The translations under genes were made by a program, and so were the position numbers. 64,000 nucleotides of DNA from an uncultured Candidatus Saccharibacteria bacterium (lineage in GTDB: Bacteria > Patescibacteriota > Minisyncoccia > Phycocordibacterales > Zambryskibacteraceae): assembly GCA_964608585.1 (NCBI GenBank), contig CAZSOL010000001.1, positions 168,290 to 232,289 on the forward strand. Reading direction: 5' to 3'. How positions within the stretch are numbered: the first letter of the stretch is position 1; each line of letters begins with the position of its first letter. The notes beneath the pieces are model-generated. The model was not told where the DNA came from. It searched no databases and saw only the letters and a list, made by a program, of their open reading frames with translations. Shown here piece by piece: positions 26,736 to 35,401 of this stretch.

Positions 26736-27350
26736 CTATCTTGTCAAGAGTCTGGCCAACCAGCCAAATAGGCTAAAGTTACCTTCGTTATCCTCTATGA
26801 ACTTCTGTAGTCTCTCTCTTTCAGTCTCAAGAGTCACTATCTCAGCTCTTATCGTCTCCTGCTCAAAGGGGATGAGCTTCTCAACCTCTCTACCGAGTGA
26901 GGCTATCCTTGCATCCATCTTTACAAGCTCACTTCTTATCATTCCAAGGTTTTTGTAATCAGTACCAATCAAGAAAGTCTTGAACTCATTCCTCTCCTCT
27001 ACCCTCTCCACAGCTCGAGCTATGTCTTCGGAAGAGCTGGCTTGCTCACGAGCTATCTTCCTTATCTCCTCACCGATACCACCGTTCCTGTCAGCGATGT
27101 ATAAAAGTCTCTCTACAGCTTCGGCAACCTCACTTCTATGCTCTGTGCCTCTGCCTCTGGTCTCAGTTTCTACCTCAACTTCAAGCTCAGGCTCGTCCGC
27201 TTCTTCTTCCTGCTCTGTCCTTACTTCTTGTCTTACTTCTTGGAAGACCTCACGTCCACGAAGCTCACCTCCTTGAGCAAAAACGTCAGAAGCAATAAAG
27301 AACAAGGCCAAAGATAGAGACAAGACCCAAATAGAATTATGCTTTTTCAT
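26736..27350 (-). CDS. secreted coiled-coil protein of unknown function
   Basis: Signal peptide, an E/R-rich low-complexity stretch, then helical repeats. Confidence 0.45.
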   Translation of the reverse strand: MKKHNSIWVLSLSLALFFIASDVFAQGGELRGREVFQEVRQEVRTEQEEEADEPELEVEVETETRGRGTEHRSEVAEAVERLLYIADRNGGIGEEIRKIAREQASSSEDIARAVERVEERNEFKTFLIGTDYKNLGMIRSELVKMDARIASLGREVEKLIPFEQETIRAEIVTLETERERLQKFIEDNEGNFSLFGWLARLLTR

Positions 27351-27391
27351 GATTAAGAAATTTGTTAACGCCTAACTCTTCAATTATACCA

Positions 27392-28207
27392 CTACCTTAA
27401 ACCTGTATCACAAAAGACTATGACCTCTGTGTACTCGTTTATCTCAACGGGGATAAGGCCATTCTGCCCACACTCTGTCTTGCCATTAACCTTTTGGGCC
27501 GAGTTGATCATATACTCTCCAGGAGACGCTGTTATGCTAAAGCTCCCATCTGACTTAGAAGAGAAGCGTTTTATCACCGCAAGACTTTTGAAGTCTATAA
27601 GTAGGAGCTCTGTCTGATACAACTTATCTGCACAGGCGGGATCGTCTCTCTCTGTCTTTCCTTCACAAGTTGGACCGAGCCTCACTACCCCCTTAATACC
27701 ACCAGTAGCAAATTTGAGTGTCTTAAGAATTTTGGCCAAGTCTTTCCTTATGACATCCTCTTTCGTTATATAAGTTACAGAAATATGGATAATGGAGTTG
27801 TTGTAAGAGTAAACATAGTTATCGGAAACATAAAGTCCATCAGCTGTGTAGAAAATTCCATCCATATCTCCGAGCTCCACACCCTTATACCCATCCATCC
27901 TTAGGTCATAGTTTGAGACTGGATTAGACTTAGCCCAAGTTTGAGGGGTGGCCGTCTGCCCTTTGTAAAAAACAAGGTTAATAGCTGTAGGACCTTCAGA
28001 ATTCTCTACAACAGCAGTGTCTTCTATTAGAGTTAGCACCTTCTGCCCACTCCCCTCGTCTCTCTCTGTAAGAGTGTATTTGTCAGGATAGCTAAAGCTT
28101 ATGCCTAGCTCGCTAGAGTCATACTTCTTCATTGGACCAGCAGAGCTAAGTACCCAAATGAGAGCAATGGTACCGACAACTCCTAATATTGTTATAAATT
28201 TGTTCAT
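27392..28207 (-). CDS. secreted hypothetical protein with C-terminal Cys-containing domain
   Basis: Signal/TM N-terminus, 271 aa, no recognisable domain. Confidence 0.45.
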   Translation of the reverse strand: MNKFITILGVVGTIALIWVLSSAGPMKKYDSSELGISFSYPDKYTLTERDEGSGQKVLTLIEDTAVVENSEGPTAINLVFYKGQTATPQTWAKSNPVSNYDLRMDGYKGVELGDMDGIFYTADGLYVSDNYVYSYNNSIIHISVTYITKEDVIRKDLAKILKTLKFATGGIKGVVRLGPTCEGKTERDDPACADKLYQTELLLIDFKSLAVIKRFSSKSDGSFSITASPGEYMINSAQKVNGKTECGQNGLIPVEINEYTEVIVFCDTGLR

Positions 28208-28818
28208 TCTATTAACTTTCTTAACTCTGGTCTTACTCTATCGGCTATAAGCTTATAGCCGGAGTCGTTGGGATGTATCGTATCATACATAAGATCTGGC
28301 TGACCAAAGACTCCATCTAAAACATCTGGTACGTACGCAGTGCCAAACTCTTCTGCCAAACGCTTGAACTCCCTGTCATGCCTGTTGCTCAGTACCCCAC
28401 TCCTCACACCAAGTAGTAGCACTACTGCTCCACGTCTCTGCACTTCTTGGATAATTTGCGAGAGATTGGAGAAGGTCTCTGTCTCCGGCACCTTCCTTAG
28501 GAAGTCGTTACCGCCGAGAAGGACTATAACCACCTTCGGATCATAAGCATCAAGCTCTTCTATACGGGCCAAGGCATCTCTTGTGGTGTTGCCACTCACT
28601 CCTAGGTTTATAACTCTCTCACCCAAGAGATCTACAAAACCACCACTGTTTGAGCCTACTCCAGCCACTAGACTATCACCAAAGGCGATAATATCTCTAC
28701 CTTGTGATGGGTAGTTAGTTATCTCCCTTTCGCCCCAAGCTAAAAGTAGCAACCCTAAGACAAGGGCTGTGACTACTATAACTAGAAGTGTTTTTTTATG
28801 AGAGGTGCTTACCAACAA
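28204..28818 (-). CDS. SGNH/GDSL hydrolase family protein, secreted
   Basis: Signal/TM, IIAFGDSLVAGVGS (block I with catalytic Ser), GGNDFL (block III) and a DxxH C-terminal block. Confidence 0.7.
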   Translation of the reverse strand: MLVSTSHKKTLLVIVVTALVLGLLLLAWGEREITNYPSQGRDIIAFGDSLVAGVGSNSGGFVDLLGERVINLGVSGNTTRDALARIEELDAYDPKVVIVLLGGNDFLRKVPETETFSNLSQIIQEVQRRGAVVLLLGVRSGVLSNRHDREFKRLAEEFGTAYVPDVLDGVFGQPDLMYDTIHPNDSGYKLIADRVRPELRKLIE

Positions 28819-29140
28819 GTTTAGTCATGTCAAACATAGAGACAGTCTTCTTGCCTCCGAAGACTACCTTTAGCTTATCATCTGCATTGATGTTCCTTCT
28901 GTTCTTTTGGTCTTGGAGCTTATTCTTCTTTATATAAGCCCAGAGCTTCTTTGTTACCTCTGTTCTTGGCATAGGACCCTTACCTATAACAAGTCCGAGA
29001 TCTGCACTTATCTTCATCGGCTTCATGAAGGCTGGATTCGCCTTTCTAACTTTCTTTTTTGTCTTAGTAACTTTTTTTGCAACTTTCTTCACGGCTTTCT
29101 TCATCACCTTCTTTGCTGTCTTTTTTGCTTTCTTTGCCAT
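28796..29140 (-). CDS. SWIB/MDM2 domain protein with Lys-rich histone H1-like N-terminal tail
   Basis: First 30 aa MAKKAKKTAKKVMKKAVKKVAKKVTKTKKKVRK. The C-terminal ~80 aa match the SWIB pattern (P..L..VIG.....R.EV.KKLW.YIK...LQD..N.R.I..D..L..VFG). Confidence 0.65.
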   Translation of the reverse strand: MAKKAKKTAKKVMKKAVKKVAKKVTKTKKKVRKANPAFMKPMKISADLGLVIGKGPMPRTEVTKKLWAYIKKNKLQDQKNRRNINADDKLKVVFGGKKTVSMFDMTKLVGKHLS

Positions 29141-29185
29141 CTTAATTATTTAACTTCTATGGCCTTTAGTATAACAGAAGAAAAG

Positions 29186-29875
29186 TTACTTCCAGTTGTT
29201 CTTCTTCAAAGCATCTCTTGCGGCCTCTTGCTCGGCGTCTTGCTTGCTCTTACCCTCACCTACTCCCATCTTCTCATCTCCAACGAAGACTCCAACGGTA
29301 AAGTATTTGTCGTGGTCTGGCCCAGATTCGCTAAGAGTTTTGTACATTGGAGTCTGGCTCAAAACTTCTTGAGCCTTAGACTGGAAGAGACTCTTCGCAT
29401 CTATCCAAGAACCACTCTCTACTATGTCATCTGCTAACGGAGTAATGTTCTTCAAGATAAACTTCTCTGCTTCGGCAAAGCCTTGGTCCAAATGTATGGC
29501 TCCGATGATAGCCTCAAGAGTATTGGCCAAGATGTACTGTCTAGCACGTCCCACGTCTTTGGACTCCCCTTTTGATAAAAGCAGGTAATCATTGACCCCA
29601 AGCTTTTGTGCCACGGAGCTACAGGTATCAGCATTGACCAAGGCTGATCGGACGGCAGTAAGCTCACCCTCGTCCATGTTGGGGAACTTTTTGAAAAGGA
29701 AGTTTGTAGTTACAAGCTGAAGCACAGCATCACCCAAGTACTCCAAGCGCTCGTTATGAGACATACCGGAGGACCTGTTCTCGTTTATATATGACCTATG
29801 GGTGAAGGCCTGCTTAAAGAGGTTCTTGTTCTTAAAGTTTAGGCCTAGAGCCTCTTCAAATTTATTGAAATCCAT
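29186..29875 (-). CDS. rnc: ribonuclease III
   Basis: ERLEYLGDAVL signature plus a C-terminal dsRBD. Confidence 0.9.
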   Translation of the reverse strand: MDFNKFEEALGLNFKNKNLFKQAFTHRSYINENRSSGMSHNERLEYLGDAVLQLVTTNFLFKKFPNMDEGELTAVRSALVNADTCSSVAQKLGVNDYLLLSKGESKDVGRARQYILANTLEAIIGAIHLDQGFAEAEKFILKNITPLADDIVESGSWIDAKSLFQSKAQEVLSQTPMYKTLSESGPDHDKYFTVGVFVGDEKMGVGEGKSKQDAEQEAARDALKKNNWK

Positions 29876-29884
29876 ATCTTAGAG

Positions 29885-30811
29885 TTAACCAGTTTGAGCC
29901 AACTTTTGCAAAGCCTTAGTAACGATGGGTAAGATGTCGTCGTAGAAGTTGAGGTCAAGGATGTCAGCTAGTCTAAACCACCTCACATCGTCCAAGCCCC
30001 CCTTCTCCTCCTTCTTCTCAAGAGTTAACTCTTGGTAAGGCGCCTCAGCGAGAAAGTAAGTAACCTGCTTCTTGATCTTGCCCTTCTCTGGATGGAAGGT
30101 GGTGTAGGCGTTCTCTCCCAACTTCTCCTTTATTTGTATAGGCACACCAAGCTCCTCCTCTGCTTCGCGAACAAGGCACTCCTCCTCCGTCTCCTTACCC
30201 TCAAGTTTGCCCTTAGTTAGGGTCCAGTGGCCGAAGATGTCATGGACCAGAGCAAGATACGTCTCTCCATTATCGTGTGCATAAACCACCGCGCCAGCCA
30301 ACCTCTCTAAAGGAAGCTCGGAGTCAGGGACGTTGCCGTACTTCTTCTTCGGCTTTGGTTGGTCGTCCTTACCCGGCTCACCCATTTCTCGGTACACAGC
30401 TCCAAGAACCCCGTTTACAAATCTCCCGCTAGTCTCACCACCGAAGGACTTTGCTAGCTCTATAGCTTCGTTAATAGCAACCTTAGGAGGCACCTCCTTC
30501 CTGTCAGCAAAGAGGAGCTCGGCTAGCCCCATACGCAAAATGTTTCTGTCTACTATAGATATCTTCTCTATCGGCCAGTCTGGGGCCGCCTTCTCTATGA
30601 TATTGTCTAGGTCTGTCTTCTTGTCTACTACGTTTTTGAGCAAATGCTCCATGAAGGGCTTATCTTTCGTCTCTGGAGCAAACTCCTTAGCAGTTCTATG
30701 AAAAATTTCTAAAACATCTATATCGCTCTTCGCCTTGCCAGAAGACAAGTCGAAGTCCCATTCGAAAAGCGTCTGCAATACAACGGAGCGCGAAAGATGT
30801 CTGTGTGACAT
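29885..30811 (-). CDS. nusB: NusB antitermination factor fused to a C-terminal NUDIX hydrolase domain
   Basis: Residues 1-140 are NusB-like (RSVVLQTLFEWDF...RFVNGVLGAV). Residues ~175-300 carry a Nudix box GKLEGKETEEECLVREAEEELGV. Confidence 0.7.
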   Translation of the reverse strand: MSHRHLSRSVVLQTLFEWDFDLSSGKAKSDIDVLEIFHRTAKEFAPETKDKPFMEHLLKNVVDKKTDLDNIIEKAAPDWPIEKISIVDRNILRMGLAELLFADRKEVPPKVAINEAIELAKSFGGETSGRFVNGVLGAVYREMGEPGKDDQPKPKKKYGNVPDSELPLERLAGAVVYAHDNGETYLALVHDIFGHWTLTKGKLEGKETEEECLVREAEEELGVPIQIKEKLGENAYTTFHPEKGKIKKQVTYFLAEAPYQELTLEKKEEKGGLDDVRWFRLADILDLNFYDDILPIVTKALQKLAQTG

Positions 30812-30830
30812 AGGTTAAAGAACTGTTGAT

Positions 30831-30989
30831 CTAGACCTTACGGCCTCGATACTCACCCGTCTTAGGGTGTGCGCGGTGACGCAAACGTGTCGCACCGCTT
30901 TTGTCCACGGTCAAAGCTGGCTTCTCTAGTGCATGATGAGAGCGCCTGTTTGCTGTATGCGCCCTTGTGTGTCTCATTCGTACAACCAT
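30831..30989 (-). CDS. rpmF: 50S ribosomal protein bL32
   Basis: 52-aa ORF, too short to appear in the track. MVVRMRHTRAHTANRRSHHALEKPALTVDKSGATRLRHRAHPKTGEYRGRKV matches bL32 (RRSH.AL..P.L..D...G...L.H......G.YRGRKV). Confidence 0.75.
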   Translation of the reverse strand: MVVRMRHTRAHTANRRSHHALEKPALTVDKSGATRLRHRAHPKTGEYRGRKV

Positions 30990-30999
30990 GTAGCCATAT

Positions 31000-31069
31000 T
31001 ACCAGCTTTTTAAGAAAAAGAAAGCCCCGCTACCCTAAGGGGAGCAGAGCTCTCTTAAGGTAGCGGGGC
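31000..31069 (-). terminator. putative terminator of the NUDIX gene (long-loop hairpin plus T-rich tract)
   Basis: 11-bp stem GCCCCGCTACC...GGTAGCGGGGC (31024..31069) with a 24-nt loop, 3 nt after the stop codon. On the minus strand it is followed by TTCTTTTTCTT. Confidence 0.45.
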
Positions 31070-31072
31070 ACG

Positions 31073-31540
31073 TTATTCCGGCACGTTCTCATGCAGAAGC
31101 TTGCCAGCCTCAAGCAGAGGAGCTTGATGTGTTGGATAGAGACGATGGCAAGCAGTCTCGAAGTCAACCCAATACGGAGGTGACATCCAGTCCCCATCAA
31201 TCGTCTTCTCAACCAGACGAAGTTCCCCCAGAAGCACGAAGGATGGGATGAGGAAGAAGTTCTTGGTGTGCCCAGGGATTTCCTTGATCCAGATCACTTC
31301 CGGAACGTACTCCTCAGGCAACCTGAGGTCTGTCTCCTCAGTGAGTTCACGACGTAGAGTGCCAAGCATGTCTCGATCCTCCTCCGCGTGACCTTCTTCC
31401 GTACCACCGATGAACTTCGTCTGCATCGGCTTGTGTGTGTACTTCGGATGCAGAGACTTCGTGTCGATGACAAGAAGTTCAACCATCCCATCGAACTCGT
31501 TCTCGCGATATATGATCGCGCCTGCATAACGCTCAGCCAC
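31073..31540 (-). CDS. NUDIX hydrolase
   Basis: Nudix box GGTEEGHAEEDRDMLGTLRRELTEETDL. GC content appears higher than the surrounding genes. Confidence 0.7.
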   Translation of the reverse strand: MAERYAGAIIYRENEFDGMVELLVIDTKSLHPKYTHKPMQTKFIGGTEEGHAEEDRDMLGTLRRELTEETDLRLPEEYVPEVIWIKEIPGHTKNFFLIPSFVLLGELRLVEKTIDGDWMSPPYWVDFETACHRLYPTHQAPLLEAGKLLHENVPE

Positions 31541-31600
31541 AAGGCCTCCTCGATTAAAAATGTGCGAGCAGGCAAAATGCCTTCTCTACCCTTAATTATA

Positions 31601-32200
31601 CTATACTTTACTCCCCTTTGTCAAGTTCTTAAGAAAGCTTCTTCGGTGTGAGCCTACTAAGCCGTATTTCTTGATAGCCTCTCTATGCACCAAGGTCCCG
31701 TACCCCTTATGTACCTCAAACTTGTACTCTGGGTGCTTCTCCCCAAGCTTCTTCATATACTTGTCTCGCATAACCTTCGCACATATGGAGGCGAGTGAGA
31801 TTATAGGTATCTTCTCATCTCCCTTAACCACAGTGAGTTGGTGCTTGAACTCCTCTCCCGCCTTGATCCCACCGTCTAGAAATATCTGCGAGTCAGTCGT
31901 TGAGACCTCAAGTCTCTCAAGCACACGCTTAATGCCGAGTCTTATAGCATAAGCAATCCCGTGCCTGTCTATCACCCTCTCCGACACAAGAGCCACGTGA
32001 TAGTTGAGCTCGCCTCTCTTCTTCCCCTCCTTAGCTAAGGCAAACCACAAGTCTCTCTCTGACTCACTTAACTTCTTGGAGTCTTGTATCCCCCTCCAAA
32101 ACTTCTTCTCAAAGCCTTCCTCCACTCTTACCCCACCGATAGCCACAGGCCCTGCTAGTGGTCCTCTCCCCGCCTCGTCTATGCCTACAATATGAGTCAT
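31601..32200 (-). CDS. rnhB: ribonuclease HII
   Basis: VGIDEAGRGPLAGPV N-terminal motif and the RNase HII fold pattern. Confidence 0.9.
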   Translation of the reverse strand: MTHIVGIDEAGRGPLAGPVAIGGVRVEEGFEKKFWRGIQDSKKLSESERDLWFALAKEGKKRGELNYHVALVSERVIDRHGIAYAIRLGIKRVLERLEVSTTDSQIFLDGGIKAGEEFKHQLTVVKGDEKIPIISLASICAKVMRDKYMKKLGEKHPEYKFEVHKGYGTLVHREAIKKYGLVGSHRRSFLKNLTKGSKV

Positions 32201-32236
32201 TAGTTAGTCGTGTACCACTATATTATACTTATAGAA

Positions 32237-35200
32237 ATGAGTAAGTTTACCCACCTACATACCCACTCCCATTACTCTCTCCTTGAGGCCCTACCCAAGA
32301 TCCCCGACTTAGTAGCCAGAGCCAAGAAGCACGGTATGGAAGCCCTTGCACTCACCGACTCAGGCAACTTATACGGTGCTATAGAGTTCTACAAAGAGTG
32401 TAAGGACGCTGATATCAAGCCCATCATCGGCGTGGATGCATACATTGCTCCAAGGACACGCCACGACAAGGAGGCGCGAGTAGATGCCTCTCGTACTCGC
32501 TTGGTCCTCTTAGTAGAGAACATGCAGGGTTATAAAAATCTTTTGAAGTTGGTGTCCCTCTCCTACCTTGAGGGCTTCTACTACAAGCCAAGGATGGATA
32601 AAGAAATACTAGGAAAGTACAAGGAAGGTCTCATCGCTATTCTCCCTTCCTTCAACAACACCGACCTTGAGGAGCAAGCTCTCTGGTACAAGCAAACCTT
32701 CAAGGACAAGTTCTTCCTTGAGATCACTCACCACGAGGAGATAGCCAACCATGAGGACAAGCAGAGAGAGCGTATAGCCCTAGCCAAGAAGATCGGAGTG
32801 CCAATAGTTGCAGGACACGACGTCTACTACCTCTCACCCGACGACAGACCGGCTCGTGAGACAGTACTCTCTATACAATCGCACCTAGGCATCGGTCGAG
32901 GGAGAGGCTTTAACGACGAGGAGGACGACTTCTCCTTCATCTCGCCTCAAGATGCAGAGAAGAAGTTCAAGAATACTCCCGAAGCAATAGAAAATGTGGA
33001 GAAGATTGTGGAGATGTGTAACCTAGAGCTCAAACTTGGTGAGTGGGTCTTCCCCAACCTTGAGATCCCTAGTGGCAAAACTGCTGAAGAGGCTCTGCGT
33101 GAGATTGTGGAAGCAGGCCTTCTAAGAAGAAAATTGGAGAAGACAAAGGAGGTGGAAGACAGGATAGAGTATGAGCTCAAAGTCATAAACGATAAGGGTT
33201 ACCCCAAGTACTTCCTTGTAGTGTCGGACCTCCTACGCTTCGCCCACGAGAACGGAATACTAACAAACATCAGAGGTTCTGTGGCGGGCTCACTCGTCAC
33301 CTACCTTGCTGGGATTACTAACGTGAACCCTCTAGAGTACAAGCTCCCCTTTGAGCGCTTCCTTAACCCAGACCGCCCCTCCGCACCAGATATAGATATG
33401 GACTTCGCCGACAACAGGAGAGACGAGGTTATTGAGTATGCTAGACAGAAGTATGGCCGAGACCACGTCGCACAAATAGGTACCTTCGGTACCATGATGG
33501 CTCGTGGCGCAGTGAGAGACGTCACTCGCGCGATGGGCTTACCCGTCTCACTCGGCGATAAGATAGCGAAGCTCATACCAATGGGAGCGCAAGGCTTCCC
33601 GATGACTATCAAGCGCGCTAAGAAGGAGAGTCCCGACTTCAAAAAACTTTATGATTCCGATCCCGAAGTCAAAAGAGTTGTAGACATGGCCGAGAAGATA
33701 GAGGGCAACGCCCGCCACATCTCGGTCCACGCTGCAGGGGTCGTCATCTCCCCCACTCCTCTCACCGACTACACAGCACTCCAGTACGACACCAAGGGAG
33801 AGCAGAAGGTCATCACTCAGTATGATATGTACTCTATAGAGGAAGCAGGTCTACTCAAATTTGACTTCCTCGGGATAAGGAACCTCTCTATCATCGCCGA
33901 TGCTATAGCTCGTATAAAAAAGATTGAGGGAGTAGATATAGATGTGGAAGAGATACCAATAGATGATAAGTTGACCTTTGAGATGCTTGCTCGTGGAGAG
34001 ACGGAGGGCACCTTCCAGATGAACGGTCAGGGTATGACGAAGGCCTTAATGGAGTTGAAGCCCACTGTCATCCACGACATCAACGTCATGGTGGCTCTCT
34101 ACCGCCCAGGGCCGATGGATAACATCCAAGAGTACATCCTAAGGAAACATGGCAAGCGACCTGTCACCTTCCTTCATCCAAAGATGAAGGACTTCTTAGA
34201 CACCACTTACGGTGTGCTCGTCTACCAAGACGACCTCCTCATGACCGCTATAGAAGTAGCTGGTTACTCGTGGGGCGAGGTGGACAAGTTCCGTAAAGCC
34301 GTGGGCAAGAAGATCCCCGAGGAAATGAAGAAGCAACACGTAATGTTTGTGGAAGGATGTCAGAAGCATGGAGGTATGAGCAAGGATAAGGCTGAGGCAC
34401 TCTGGGAGCTCTTCGTCCCCTTCCAAGGATACGGATTCAACAAGGCGCATGCCGCAAGCTACGGACATGTGGCCTACATCACCGCATACCTCAAGGCCAA
34501 CTATCCTGCTATATATATGTCAGCAGTACTTACAGCAGAAAGTGGAGATGTAGAGACTATCGGAGTAATGGTTAGGGAGTGCAAGAGGATGGGTATAGAT
34601 GTACTTCCTCCATCGGTTAACGAAAGCTTCTCACAATTTACTGTACCCCCAAGAGGAAACAAGAGTGAGAAGTATAAGATCCGCTTCGGACTTGTAACTA
34701 TCAAGAACTTCGGCCAAGGTGTCGCTACATCCATCATTGAGGAGAGGAAGAAGAATGGACCCTTCAAGTCTTTGCTAGATTTCCTAGAGAGAGTAAAGGA
34801 TAAAAATTTGAACAAAAAGTCTCTAGAGTCTCTCATCAAGGCCGGTGCCTTAGACGAGTTTGAAGACCGAGGCAAGATGCTTGCTAACCTAGACAAACTC
34901 CTCGCTTATCACAAGGAGGCAAGCTCTAAGGCGGAGCACCAAGACTCACTCTTCGGCATCTTTGAGGACAAGAGTGCCTTACCAACACTAAAGCTCGATG
35001 AGTCAGAACCTATAAAGGAGAAGGAGAAGCTCTTCTGGGAGAAGGAGCTCCTCGGCCTCTACATCTCAGGTCACCCACTTATGGAGCACCAAGAGAAGCT
35101 CTCAAAGGCCAAGGTAACGAGTGCCAACTTCAAAGACACGCCGGAGGGAGCAGAGATCATCCTTGCAGGCATCGTTGGCGAGGTTAGAAACAACATGACC

Positions 35201-35392
35201 AAGAGTGGAGAGATGATGGCCTTCGTGAAGCTTGAGGACTTAAACGGGAGCGTGGATATGGTCGTCTTCCCCCGAGTCTATGAGGAGTACAAAGAGTTCC
35301 TCCAAGGAGACCAGTGTATAGCGGTGAAGGGCAGAGTGAACAAGAGGAACGGCGAGCTCAGCTTCGTTGTGGAGAAGATAAAGTCATTATAG
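32237..35392 (+). CDS. dnaE: DNA polymerase III alpha subunit DnaE
   Basis: PHP domain FTHLHTHSHYSLLEA, then polymerase core, HhH and OB domains. The start may instead be the upstream ATG at 32210. Confidence 0.9.
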   Translation: MSKFTHLHTHSHYSLLEALPKIPDLVARAKKHGMEALALTDSGNLYGAIEFYKECKDADIKPIIGVDAYIAPRTRHDKEARVDASRTRLVLLVENMQGYKNLLKLVSLSYLEGFYYKPRMDKEILGKYKEGLIAILPSFNNTDLEEQALWYKQTFKDKFFLEITHHEEIANHEDKQRERIALAKKIGVPIVAGHDVYYLSPDDRPARETVLSIQSHLGIGRGRGFNDEEDDFSFISPQDAEKKFKNTPEAIENVEKIVEMCNLELKLGEWVFPNLEIPSGKTAEEALREIVEAGLLRRKLEKTKEVEDRIEYELKVINDKGYPKYFLVVSDLLRFAHENGILTNIRGSVAGSLVTYLAGITNVNPLEYKLPFERFLNPDRPSAPDIDMDFADNRRDEVIEYARQKYGRDHVAQIGTFGTMMARGAVRDVTRAMGLPVSLGDKIAKLIPMGAQGFPMTIKRAKKESPDFKKLYDSDPEVKRVVDMAEKIEGNARHISVHAAGVVISPTPLTDYTALQYDTKGEQKVITQYDMYSIEEAGLLKFDFLGIRNLSIIADAIARIKKIEGVDIDVEEIPIDDKLTFEMLARGETEGTFQMNGQGMTKALMELKPTVIHDINVMVALYRPGPMDNIQEYILRKHGKRPVTFLHPKMKDFLDTTYGVLVYQDDLLMTAIEVAGYSWGEVDKFRKAVGKKIPEEMKKQHVMFVEGCQKHGGMSKDKAEALWELFVPFQGYGFNKAHAASYGHVAYITAYLKANYPAIYMSAVLTAESGDVETIGVMVRECKRMGIDVLPPSVNESFSQFTVPPRGNKSEKYKIRFGLVTIKNFGQGVATSIIEERKKNGPFKSLLDFLERVKDKNLNKKSLESLIKAGALDEFEDRGKMLANLDKLLAYHKEASSKAEHQDSLFGIFEDKSALPTLKLDESEPIKEKEKLFWEKELLGLYISGHPLMEHQEKLSKAKVTSANFKDTPEGAEIILAGIVGEVRNNMTKSGEMMAFVKLEDLNGSVDMVVFPRVYEEYKEFLQGDQCIAVKGRVNKRNGELSFVVEKIKSL

Positions 35393-35401
35393 GATATACA
35401 A

